Shown in pieces: positions 1-7,701 of a stretch of DNA of 32,715 nt. Below the pieces are notes generated by a model. It saw nothing but the letters and a program-made list of their open reading frames with translations, ran no database searches and was not told where the DNA came from. Position 1 is the first letter of the stretch, and each line of letters starts with the position of its first letter. A program made the translations under genes and the position numbers. The DNA is taken from the NCBI GenBank assembly GCA_039714635.1, contig JBDLIY010000001.1, forward strand, positions 1 to 32,715, read 5' to 3'. Origin of the DNA: Planctomycetota bacterium (GTDB lineage: Bacteria; Planctomycetota; JAJSAM01).

Positions 1-1128
1 TCCGGGCAGGCTGTCGTTGAGCGCCGTGGCGGCGAGGGCGACGGCGTAGATGCGGAGACCGAACTCGATGCCGTGACAGCCCGCCAGGACGAGTGACTCC
101 GGGATGTTCACATTGAGCCAGTCGACCCACCCAAGGTGGATCAGGGCGAGTCGGAGGATGCTGCCCGGCGATAACAGGGCCAGGGCGCAGAGGCCGACGA
201 CGGTGGCGGCGAACGCCCCGGTGCGTCGCGTGACGATGCGGAGGAGTGTTCGAAGCGCGGATCGGAACGAGTGTCCACGCAGGACGATCAGGCCGGGGAC
301 GAGGAAGAGCAACCCGGCGAGGATCGGCACCGAGTATTCCGTGATTGGGCCTATCGCCTCGTGGAACGCGATTTCCGAGTCTCCGAGCGCTCCGCTCCAG
401 GATTCCATGTTCCACGACAGTGCGAAGGACTGGATCAGGAACGTCGTGACCAGGACGAGATTGAACGAGACCAGTGCCGCTGCGGCCAGTGCCGCGGCAT
501 TCGCAGCGTAGGGGACCTTCGGCGATGCCAGCCCCGTTGCGCGGTGGCCCAGCCAGACCACCATTGTCGCACCGGCCAACGTGCAGAGGATGTCGGCCGG
601 GAGAATTGACATGTACTCCGGAGGTGAGCCACCAGCGAGGGGAAGAAAGCCTGCCACCGCCCCGGTCGCGATGCAGGCGGCGCCGACAAGCGTCTTCATC
701 GGTCTGCCGTTGGCGGATCGGATCAGGAGGAGGCCCGCGACCAGGACGAGCAGCGGGTGCATGCCGGAACTCGCGTAGTTCCACTGGGTGTACGTGAGAC
801 GGGCGAACTCGAGCCAGGGAGCCTCGATGCGCTCAATCAGCATGCTCCCGAGCGCCGTTGCGAATGACGCCTGCTCCGCCTCTCCCTCCCCTGGCCATGA
901 TGAAAACGTGGTGAGGGAAAGGCCGAGGTCTCTGCCCAGCCAGGAGAACAGGGAGCAGAAGAGGATCGTCCCGAACAGTCCCCGCCACGACGGCCGAAGT
1001 GCTCGCCGGAATGCCGACAGGTCCTCACCGATCCGGCGCAGGATCCCGAGGTCCCCGTGCCCGGCCAGGCCCAGACGCTTCAGGTCCTCGGGGGAGAGGG
1101 TGCGGTCGTCCGAAGGTAGCTCCGCCAT
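1..1128 (-). CDS. polytopic membrane protein, unknown family (paralog 1; 3' end runs off the window)
   Basis: Absent from the ORF track because it has no stop in the window. The reverse frame is open from ATG 1128..1126 down to base 1 (376 codons): MAELPSDDRTLSPEDLKRLGLAGHG..ALRPSWRG..VLRGHSF..YAVALAATALNDSLPG. It has many hydrophobic helices and G/C-rich third positions, and is collinear with the 1270..2436 product. Confidence 0.75.
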   Translation of the reverse strand, partial: MAELPSDDRTLSPEDLKRLGLAGHGDLGILRRIGEDLSAFRRALRPSWRGLFGTILFCSLFSWLGRDLGLSLTTFSSWPGEGEAEQASFATALGSMLIERIEAPWLEFARLTYTQWNYASSGMHPLLVLVAGLLLIRSANGRPMKTLVGAACIATGAVAGFLPLAGGSPPEYMSILPADILCTLAGATMVVWLGHRATGLASPKVPYAANAAALAAAALVSFNLVLVTTFLIQSFALSWNMESWSGALGDSEIAFHEAIGPITEYSVPILAGLLFLVPGLIVLRGHSFRSALRTLLRIVTRRTGAFAATVVGLCALALLSPGSILRLALIHLGWVDWLNVNIPESLVLAGCHGIEFGLRIYAVALAATALNDSLPG

Positions 1129-1269
1129 CGCGGCATTCTACGCGAGTGGAACATCGCTGACAGGCGTCGGTTCTTCACAACGGAAACCCCCGGAATCGTT
1201 TTCCGTGGGTGCCCGCCTTCCCACGGATCCGGAAGGACCGGGAGATGGCGGACCGCGAGAGGGTGATCC

Positions 1270-2436
1270 TCAGTCCGCGTCTGTTGGAGTAGCGTCGACC
1301 GCGGCCGGCAGGCTGTCGTGGAGCGCCGTGGCAACAAGGGCCGTGGCGTAGACGCAGAGACCCGTGTGGATTCCCTCCGACAGCGCCCGGAGGAAAGACC
1401 CGGGGAAGAGATCGACGATACCGATCCAGCCGAGCGCGGTCGGGACCGCGAGGAGAAGCCGACCGATCGGGAGCGAGGCGACCAGCGCGAGCCCCCCGAG
1501 TGCGGCAACGAGAACGGCCGGTCTCGCGATCGCGAAGCGGACCACGGTACGGCCGGCCGATACGAACCGGTAGCCTCGAAGAACGACGAGGGCGGGGGTG
1601 AACAGGAGCAGGCCTCCGAGGACGGGGACGGTGTACCCGGTGATGTCCCAGACGGTCCGGTGGAAGTCGATGTCGATGAACTCGGCGCCGGAGAACTGGA
1701 TCGGTCCCCGGAAGAAGAACCGGAGGCTCAGCGTGGGTGCCCCGGTCAGGATCCGCAGGTTGAGGGCGAGCAGCGTGGCCAGAAAGAGGGCCAGCGCGCA
1801 GTCCGAGAGACAGACGCGCTCGCGCGAGAGCCCGGTGGCGCGAACCACCAGCCAGAGGGCCGTCGTGGCGCCGGCGAGGAGGACGGCGGACTCGACGACC
1901 TGGACGGTGAAGTAGTCGACGCTCATCCAGTGCCGGTCCGACGCGAAGAGGGAGAACCCGACACCGGTAACCGTGAGCGCGGCCAGCGCCCCTCCGGCCC
2001 AGAGACGCCCCGGGCGGGCCCGGGATGAACGGAACAGGATGATCGCGAGGAAGATCGCGAGAAACGGGGCCGCGGACGCTTCCGCCATGCTCCACTGGGA
2101 CGTCAGGCACCTCAGCGGCCAGCGGAGTGGTGCCGCCGCCAACTCCTCGAACGGTGCCGACAGGGCCTCGACCAGCGTCACCTCAGGCAGGCCTACTTCC
2201 GTGAAGAAGGGGGCGGGATGCAGGGCGTGGGACAAGTGCCAGTCGAACCAGCACAGACCCCAGCACAGCAGGATCGTGAGCAGCGCGCCGCGCCAGGATG
2301 GCCGCAGCGCCCCGAAGAACTCCGGGAACCCCTCGAACCGCCGCATGAGCCAGATCAGATTCCCCTGCCCGCCAAGTCCCAGGCGCTTCAGGTCCTCGGG
2401 GGAGAGTGTCACGTCGTCGGGGTGGCCATCCTCCAT
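1270..2436 (-). CDS. polytopic membrane protein, unknown family (paralog 2)
   Basis: ORF 1270..2526(-). I prefer the start at M31 (ATG 2436..2434: MEDGHPDDVTLSPEDLKRLGLGGQG), which aligns with the paralog 1 start. About 9-10 predicted TM helices. Shares TLSPEDLKRLGL, ALRPSWRG, VLRG(Y/H) and ATAL(H/N)DSLP with paralog 1. No family recognised. Confidence 0.8.
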   Translation of the reverse strand: MEDGHPDDVTLSPEDLKRLGLGGQGNLIWLMRRFEGFPEFFGALRPSWRGALLTILLCWGLCWFDWHLSHALHPAPFFTEVGLPEVTLVEALSAPFEELAAAPLRWPLRCLTSQWSMAEASAAPFLAIFLAIILFRSSRARPGRLWAGGALAALTVTGVGFSLFASDRHWMSVDYFTVQVVESAVLLAGATTALWLVVRATGLSRERVCLSDCALALFLATLLALNLRILTGAPTLSLRFFFRGPIQFSGAEFIDIDFHRTVWDITGYTVPVLGGLLLFTPALVVLRGYRFVSAGRTVVRFAIARPAVLVAALGGLALVASLPIGRLLLAVPTALGWIGIVDLFPGSFLRALSEGIHTGLCVYATALVATALHDSLPAAVDATPTDAD

Positions 2437-2548
2437 CGCGGCATTGTACGGCAGGAGCCGTCCGGCCATTCGCCGGAGCGAGGAGCAGTGCCGCGGGAGG
2501 CGGAACTCCCGGCTTGACTTGACCAACTATCAGATCTACTATCTGGTC

Positions 2549-2794
2549 ATGAAGCGGTACAACCTGTACGAACTGAAGAAGAACCTCTCCCGGTACATCG
2601 AGTGCGTCCGGGAGGGGGAGACGATCATCGTGTGCAAGCGCAACGTGCCGGTCGCGGAGATCCGCCCGATCAAGCCCCGGCGGACGACAAAGCGTCCGAT
2701 CGGCGTCGCGAAGGGAGAGTTCACGATTCCGGAGGAGTTCTACGAACCCCTCGATGAGGAAACTCTGGCCGCGTTCGAGGCTCCCATCGAGTGA
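2549..2794 (+). CDS. Phd/YefM-family type II antitoxin (VapB-type partner)
   Basis: 81 aa: MKRYNLYELKKNLSRYIECVREGETIIVCKRNVPVAEIRPI, a typical Phd/YefM N-terminal fold signature. Its stop overlaps the GTG start of the downstream PIN gene (GTGA, 2791..2794). Confidence 0.8.
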   Translation: MKRYNLYELKKNLSRYIECVREGETIIVCKRNVPVAEIRPIKPRRTTKRPIGVAKGEFTIPEEFYEPLDEETLAAFEAPIE

Positions 2795-3177
2795 AGCTCC
2801 TCCTAGACACGTGCACGTTTCTCTGGCTGGTGCTCGATGAGAGTCGACTCTCCGCCGCGGCCCGGGAGTCGTTCCAGGATCCCGCGAACGACACCTACCT
2901 CAGTGCCGTCTCGGTGTGGGAGATCTCGCTCAAGCACGCAGCCGGGAAGCTGCCCCTGCCCGAATCCGTGGACCGTTTCGTTCCACGGGTGCGCGGGTTG
3001 CTGGACGTCGAACCGCTCCCCCTGGACGAGGAGTCGGCACTCCACCTCGCCAGACTCCCGGCCATCCACGGCGATCCCTTCGACCGGATGCTCATCAGCC
3101 AGGCGCTCATGGGGGGCATGGTTCTGGTGACTCCGGACCAAGTGATCACGCAGTATCCCGTCCGGACTCTCTGGTAG
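2791..3177 (+). CDS. vapC: VapC-family PIN-domain toxin
   Basis: 128 aa with LLLDTCTF (first acidic residue), SVWEISLK and HGDPFDRMLISQAL, the characteristic PIN signatures. 4-nt overlap with the upstream antitoxin. Confidence 0.85.
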   Translation: MKLLLDTCTFLWLVLDESRLSAAARESFQDPANDTYLSAVSVWEISLKHAAGKLPLPESVDRFVPRVRGLLDVEPLPLDEESALHLARLPAIHGDPFDRMLISQALMGGMVLVTPDQVITQYPVRTLW

Positions 3178-3196
3178 GCGGTCGAGCCACCGGCCC

Positions 3197-3228
3197 GTCT
3201 CAACAACGAGACGTCTCGGTTTTGAGAC
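3197..3228 (+). terminator. tandem double hairpin GTCTC-aacaac-GAGAC / GTCTC-ggtttt-GAGAC downstream of vapC
   Basis: Read directly from the sequence. Two adjacent 5-bp stems form an imperfect 32-nt palindrome; the second loop contains TTTT. Could be a weak terminator or an operator. Confidence 0.3.
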
Positions 3229-3367
3229 AGGATCGCATGCCGCTTGCCCCGTTTTATGGGTCGGGTATCATTCAGTCGCTTGACTGGCTCGTCCAGAGCC
3301 CGCGCCGCCGCGCACACACCGGGTTGCAGACGTCCGTCCTAAAGATCCGTGCGGGAGACTCTCCGAC

Positions 3368-4291
3368 ATGAGCTTGCTCTATGTCTTCTGTTACGCGTGC
3401 GTCGCCGTCTTCTTCGCCTGCGTCATCAAGCGCTTCCTCAAGCTGGCCCGACTGCCGGTCCACGTCCGCTGGGAACTCTACCCGGTGGCCCACGAACCCG
3501 GGGAGAAGGCGAAGTACGGAGGCTCCATCCTCGAAGAACCCGAGTGGTGGACGAAGCCGCGCCACAGCTCGAAGCTCAACGAGCTGAAGGTGATGGTGCC
3601 GGAGATCCTCCTCCTGCAGGGCGTGAAGGAGCACAACAAGTCCCACTGGGCGAAGACCTTCCCGTTCCACTTCGGGCTGTACCTGCTGATCGGCGCCACG
3701 ATGCTGCTCGTCCTCGGCGGCCTGTTCGGCGCGACCGGGCCGGGCGGCTTCTTCGGGACGCTGATCCCGCTCGCAGCCTACGCGGGTCTCGCGCTCGGCC
3801 TCTTCGGCGCGGTCGCGCTGCTCCACCGCCGGATGACCGACGAGGAGTACCGCGATTTCTCGCTGCCGGTGGACTTCTTCAACCTGGTCTTCTTCATCGC
3901 CGCGTTCGGCATCGCGCTGCTCGGGCAGATCACGGCCGACCCCGACTTCGCGAAGATGCGCGGGTTCTTCCACGGGCTGTTCACGTTCGACGGGGGAGCG
4001 CTCGGCGGGTTGCAGGTCGTCCAGGTGATCCTGCTCACGCTGCTGATGACGTACATCCCCTTCACCCACATGTCGCACTTCTTCACGAAGTACTTCATGT
4101 ATCACGACGTCCGGTGGAGCGATGAGCCGATGACGGCGGGGTCGAAGCTGGAGCGGCGGGTCGGCCGCGCGCTCGCGCTGAAGCCGACCTGGGCCGCGTC
4201 GCACATCGACGCCGCCGACGGGACGAAGACCTGGGTCGACGTCGCGACCTCGACCGGCATCCCGGAGGAGTCCGAGGGAGGTGAGTCATGA
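3368..4291 (+). CDS. NarI-family (DsrM/HmeC-like) membrane cytochrome b, second copy
   Basis: 307 aa with about 5 TM helices and conserved His in helices (FPFHFGLYLL; IPFTHMSHFFTKYF, compare DsrM FPFSKLMHLPGVF at 19944..20948). ATGA overlap with the following HdrD-like gene. Confidence 0.75.
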   Translation: MSLLYVFCYACVAVFFACVIKRFLKLARLPVHVRWELYPVAHEPGEKAKYGGSILEEPEWWTKPRHSSKLNELKVMVPEILLLQGVKEHNKSHWAKTFPFHFGLYLLIGATMLLVLGGLFGATGPGGFFGTLIPLAAYAGLALGLFGAVALLHRRMTDEEYRDFSLPVDFFNLVFFIAAFGIALLGQITADPDFAKMRGFFHGLFTFDGGALGGLQVVQVILLTLLMTYIPFTHMSHFFTKYFMYHDVRWSDEPMTAGSKLERRVGRALALKPTWAASHIDAADGTKTWVDVATSTGIPEESEGGES

Positions 4292-5889
4292 GCTACGACC
4301 GCGTGAAGCCCGAGGACATCTCGAAGGAGAGGGAGGAGTTCCTCAGCAAGACGCGCAAGGAGGAGTTGAAGGAACTGCCGGTGCTCGACGAGACGCCCGA
4401 GTTCGCGAATCTCAACGGCAAGGCGCTCGAGTGCGCCGGGAGCGACCTCGACGGCACCCTCGTTCTCAACATGCCGGAGCCGAAGGACGAGGCCGAGAAG
4501 AAGGCGCTGGTCGAGAAGTTCCTCGGCGGTGTCCAGAAGCTCTTCGAGGGTCACAACAACTGGACGTTCCTGCAGCCGCTGCTCCTCACGATGGACCACT
4601 GCGCCAAGTGCCACACGTGCTCCGACGCGTGCCACACCTACGAGATGAGCGGGCGGAACCCGATCTACCGGCCGGCCTACCGCACCGAGATCCTCCGGCG
4701 GATCTACAAGAAGTTCGTCAAGACGAACGGGAAGCTTCTCAGCAGCTTCCGCTCCGGGAAGTTGACGCTCAACTGGCGGACCGTGGCGCGGCTGGCCGAG
4801 CTGGCCTACCGCTGCAACCTCTGCCGCCGCTGCGCCCAGACCTGCCCGGTCGGCTGTGACAACGGCCTCGCGGCGCGCGAGATCCGGAAGGTCTTCTCCC
4901 AGGAGATGGACATCTACCCGAAGGAACTGCACGAGAACGGCTCCGTCCTGCAGATGAAGGTCGGCTCCTCGACCGGCATGAACGCGCTGGTCGTGAAGGA
5001 CAACGTCGAGTTCATCGACGAGGACATGACCGAGATCACGGGGATGAAGGTCGAGACCCCGTGGGACGTGGAGGGCGCGGACATCCTGCTCCTTCACAAC
5101 GCCGGCGAGATCATGGCCTGGCCGGAGAACGTCGGCGCGTTCGCGACGATCTTCGAGGCGGCGGGGCTCTCGTGGACTCTGTCCAGCGAGATCGCGGGCT
5201 ACGACTCGATCAACTACGGTCTCTTCTACGACGACGCCCAGTTCGCCCGGGTGGCGATCCACCACGCGTCCGCCGCGAAGAAGCTCGGCGTGAAGAAGAT
5301 CGTCATGGGCGAGTGCGGCCACGCGCACAAGGCGCTGACCGTCATCGCCGACCGTGTCCTGACGGGCGACCTGAACATCCCGCGCGAGAGCTCGATGGCG
5401 GTGCTCGAGGATCTGGTCTGCAACGACAAGCTGAAGCTCGACCCGTCGCGGAACGACTTCCCCGTGACGCTGCACGACCCGTGCAACATGGTGCGGCTGA
5501 TGGGGATCGTCACGCCCCAGCGTCGGGTCCTCGAGAAGATCGCGCCGCGGTTCCGCGAGATGAACCCGCACGGCGTGGAGAACTACTGCTGCGGGGGCGG
5601 GAGCGGCTTCGCGATCATGAGCGGCCACAACTTCGCGGACTGGCGCGCCCAGGTCTCGGGCCGGAAGAAGATCGAGCAGACGATTCTGGCCTTCGAGGAC
5701 GAGATGGACCCCTCGATCCGGAAGTACGTCGCCGCGCCCTGCAGCAACTGCAAGGGCCAGTACCGGGACATGATCTCGTACTACGACCTCTGGGAGAAGC
5801 ACAGCATCCTGTACGGCGGGCTCGTCGAGCTGATCGTCAACTGCATGGAAGACGTCAACCCCGGTTTCATCGACTGGGAGTGGAGCTGA
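4288..5889 (+). CDS. HdrD/DsrK-like iron-sulfur protein with CCG domain, second copy
   Basis: 533 aa. Two ferredoxin-type clusters (CAKCHTCSDACH; CNLCRRCAQTCP). CCG signature HDPC-x34-CCGGGSG-x49-CSNC. Collinear with DsrK at 20953..22575. Confidence 0.85.
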   Translation: MSYDRVKPEDISKEREEFLSKTRKEELKELPVLDETPEFANLNGKALECAGSDLDGTLVLNMPEPKDEAEKKALVEKFLGGVQKLFEGHNNWTFLQPLLLTMDHCAKCHTCSDACHTYEMSGRNPIYRPAYRTEILRRIYKKFVKTNGKLLSSFRSGKLTLNWRTVARLAELAYRCNLCRRCAQTCPVGCDNGLAAREIRKVFSQEMDIYPKELHENGSVLQMKVGSSTGMNALVVKDNVEFIDEDMTEITGMKVETPWDVEGADILLLHNAGEIMAWPENVGAFATIFEAAGLSWTLSSEIAGYDSINYGLFYDDAQFARVAIHHASAAKKLGVKKIVMGECGHAHKALTVIADRVLTGDLNIPRESSMAVLEDLVCNDKLKLDPSRNDFPVTLHDPCNMVRLMGIVTPQRRVLEKIAPRFREMNPHGVENYCCGGGSGFAIMSGHNFADWRAQVSGRKKIEQTILAFEDEMDPSIRKYVAAPCSNCKGQYRDMISYYDLWEKHSILYGGLVELIVNCMEDVNPGFIDWEWS

Positions 5890-5893
5890 TCCG

Positions 5894-6295
5894 ATGGCGC
5901 ACATCCTGATCGTGGACGACGAAGCGGACGTCATCACCTATCTCTCCGCGATGCTCACGGACGCGGGCCACCGGGTGACGACGGCGAACAACGGCGCCGA
6001 GGCGATGGACGCGGTGAAGGCCGACCGGCCGGACCTCGTCTCCCTCGACATGTCCATGCCGGAGAAGTCGGGCGTGCGGTTCTACCGGGAGATGAAGGAG
6101 GACGCGGACCTGGCGGGCGTCCCGATCGTGATCGTCACCGGCGTGACGAACCCGTGGTCGGGCCGCGGCGGCGAGGGGACGTTCGAGGGCTTCATCTCGT
6201 CCCGGAAGCAGGTCCCGCCGCCGGAGGGCTTCTTCGAGAAGCCGGTAAAGAAGGACGCCTACCTGGCGAAGGTGGCGGAGCTGACCGGAGCCTGA
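5894..6295 (+). CDS. stand-alone CheY-like response regulator receiver
   Basis: 133 aa: ILIVDDE acidic pocket, SLDMSMP phospho-acceptor Asp, IVIVTGV Thr, FFEKPV Lys. No output domain. Starts 5 nt after the HdrD-like gene. Confidence 0.85.
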   Translation: MAHILIVDDEADVITYLSAMLTDAGHRVTTANNGAEAMDAVKADRPDLVSLDMSMPEKSGVRFYREMKEDADLAGVPIVIVTGVTNPWSGRGGEGTFEGFISSRKQVPPPEGFFEKPVKKDAYLAKVAELTGA

Positions 6296-6296
6296 C

Positions 6297-6333
6297 AATC
6301 TGCAAATCGGGGTCTGACCCCGATTTGCAGATT
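6297..6333. terminator. perfect 17-bp stem / 3-nt loop hairpin between convergent genes (bidirectional terminator candidate)
   Basis: AATCTGCAAATCGGGGT-ctg-ACCCCGATTTGCAGATT read directly. It fills the whole gap between the receiver stop (6295) and the NtrC-type stop (6333..6335). No clear U-tract. Confidence 0.6.
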
Positions 6334-7700
6334 CAGTCCACCAGGACGTTCAGTTCCTTGATCTTTTCCCACAGGCGCTTGCGCGAGATGCCCAGGAGGT
6401 CGGCGGCGCGCGTGCGGTTGCCGCCCGTGCGCCCCAGCGCCTTGCCGATGATCATCCGCTCCGTCTCGCGGACATGGCAGTGGATGTCCAACTCGTCCGG
6501 GCAACTGCCCTTCAACTCCTCGCGGTACTGGCGGAGGTCCGGAGGGAGGTCGGCGATCCCGATCTTCTTCGTCCGGCAGAACATCACCGCGCGCTCGATC
6601 GTGTTCTCCAACTGTCGCACGTTGCCCGGCCAGCCGTACGCCTTCAGCAGACGGACACAGGTCGGGGCGATCTCCGCCACCTGCTTCCCCTGGTTGAACG
6701 AGGCCTTCCGCATGAAGTGCTCGACCAGCAGCGGGATGTCCTCCGGCCGGTCGCGCAGCGCCGGCGCCTCCAGCGTCACGACGTTCAGGCGGTAATACAG
6801 GTCCTCCCGGAACCTCCCCTCGTCGACCATGGTCTTCAGGTCGAAACGGGTGGCGCACACGACGCGCGTGTGCGGTTCGATCGTCGTCGTGCCGCCGACG
6901 CGCTCGAAGGCGTGCTCCTGCAGGACGCGGAGCAGCTTCACCTGCACGACGGGGGAGATGTCGCCGATCTCGTCGAGGAAGATCGTTCCCTCGTGCGCGA
7001 GCTCGAACCGGCCGATCTTCCGCTGGTGGGCGCCCGTGAAAGCGCCCTTCTCATGGCCGAAAAGCTCCGCTTCGAGGAGCGTCTCGGGCAGGGAGGGGCA
7101 ACTCACCTTCACGAAGGGGCCGGAGCCGTGCTCACTCTGGTCGTGGATCGCCCGGGCCACCAGCTCCTTGCCGGTCCCGCTCTCCCCGGTGATCAGGATT
7201 GTCGCGTGGTTGGTGGCGACGATCTCGATCTGGCCCAGGAGCTCCCGGATCTGGCGGCTCTCCCCGACGATCGGGTGGTCGACGCGCTCCTGACGGAGGA
7301 CGAAGTTCTCCTCACGGAGCCGGATGAGGTCCTCATACCGCTCGAGCCGCTTCACGAGGTCCTCGGTGCGGAACGGCTTCGTGAGGAACTCGTTGGAGCC
7401 GAGCTTCATCGCCTCGACGGCCGTCTCCACGGTGCCGTGGGCCGTCATGATGATGACCGGGATCCCGGTGTCCCCGGCGCGGATCTCCTCCAGGACGGCC
7501 ATCCCGTCGACGCCGGGCATGACGAGGTCGAGGAGGATCAGGTCGAACCGCTCTTCCCGCCAGGCGTTGAGCCCGGCGCGACCGTCCTTCTCCGCGCGGA
7601 CGTGATAGCCCGCGTCCGTGAGGAGATCCGTGAGGGACTCCCGCAGGAGCGCCTCGTCTTCCATCATCAGGATGCGGATGGGCCGGGACCTCGGAGGCAT
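6333..7700 (-). CDS. sigma54-dependent NtrC-family response regulator (REC + AAA+ + Fis-type HTH)
   Basis: ORF 6333..7820(-). I prefer the start at ATG 7700 (MPPRSRPIRILMMEDE), 1 nt after the kinase stop. Motifs: LLDLVMPGVDG receiver Asp, GESGTGKE Walker A, GHEKGAFTGA (GAFTGA sigma54-contact motif), C-terminal AADLLGISRKRLWEKIKEL HTH. Confidence 0.92.
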   Translation of the reverse strand: MPPRSRPIRILMMEDEALLRESLTDLLTDAGYHVRAEKDGRAGLNAWREERFDLILLDLVMPGVDGMAVLEEIRAGDTGIPVIIMTAHGTVETAVEAMKLGSNEFLTKPFRTEDLVKRLERYEDLIRLREENFVLRQERVDHPIVGESRQIRELLGQIEIVATNHATILITGESGTGKELVARAIHDQSEHGSGPFVKVSCPSLPETLLEAELFGHEKGAFTGAHQRKIGRFELAHEGTIFLDEIGDISPVVQVKLLRVLQEHAFERVGGTTTIEPHTRVVCATRFDLKTMVDEGRFREDLYYRLNVVTLEAPALRDRPEDIPLLVEHFMRKASFNQGKQVAEIAPTCVRLLKAYGWPGNVRQLENTIERAVMFCRTKKIGIADLPPDLRQYREELKGSCPDELDIHCHVRETERMIIGKALGRTGGNRTRAADLLGISRKRLWEKIKELNVLVD

Positions 7701-7701
7701 C

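Noticed and set aside
3368-5889. Calling the first pair QmoC/QmoB, TmcC/TmcB or HdrE/HdrD specifically
   Set aside because: No flavoprotein (QmoA/B) or multihaem cytochrome (TmcA) partner is adjacent. The membrane subunit lacks the N-terminal Fe-S domain of QmoC. Only the generic DsrMK/HmeCD-like description is supportable without phylogeny.
4102-5937. 611-aa ORF antisense to the HdrD/DsrK-like gene
   Set aside because: It lies antisense to a gene with unmistakable Fe-S/CCG motifs. Its product is Arg/Val/Asp/Leu-rich low-information sequence. It is a shadow ORF.
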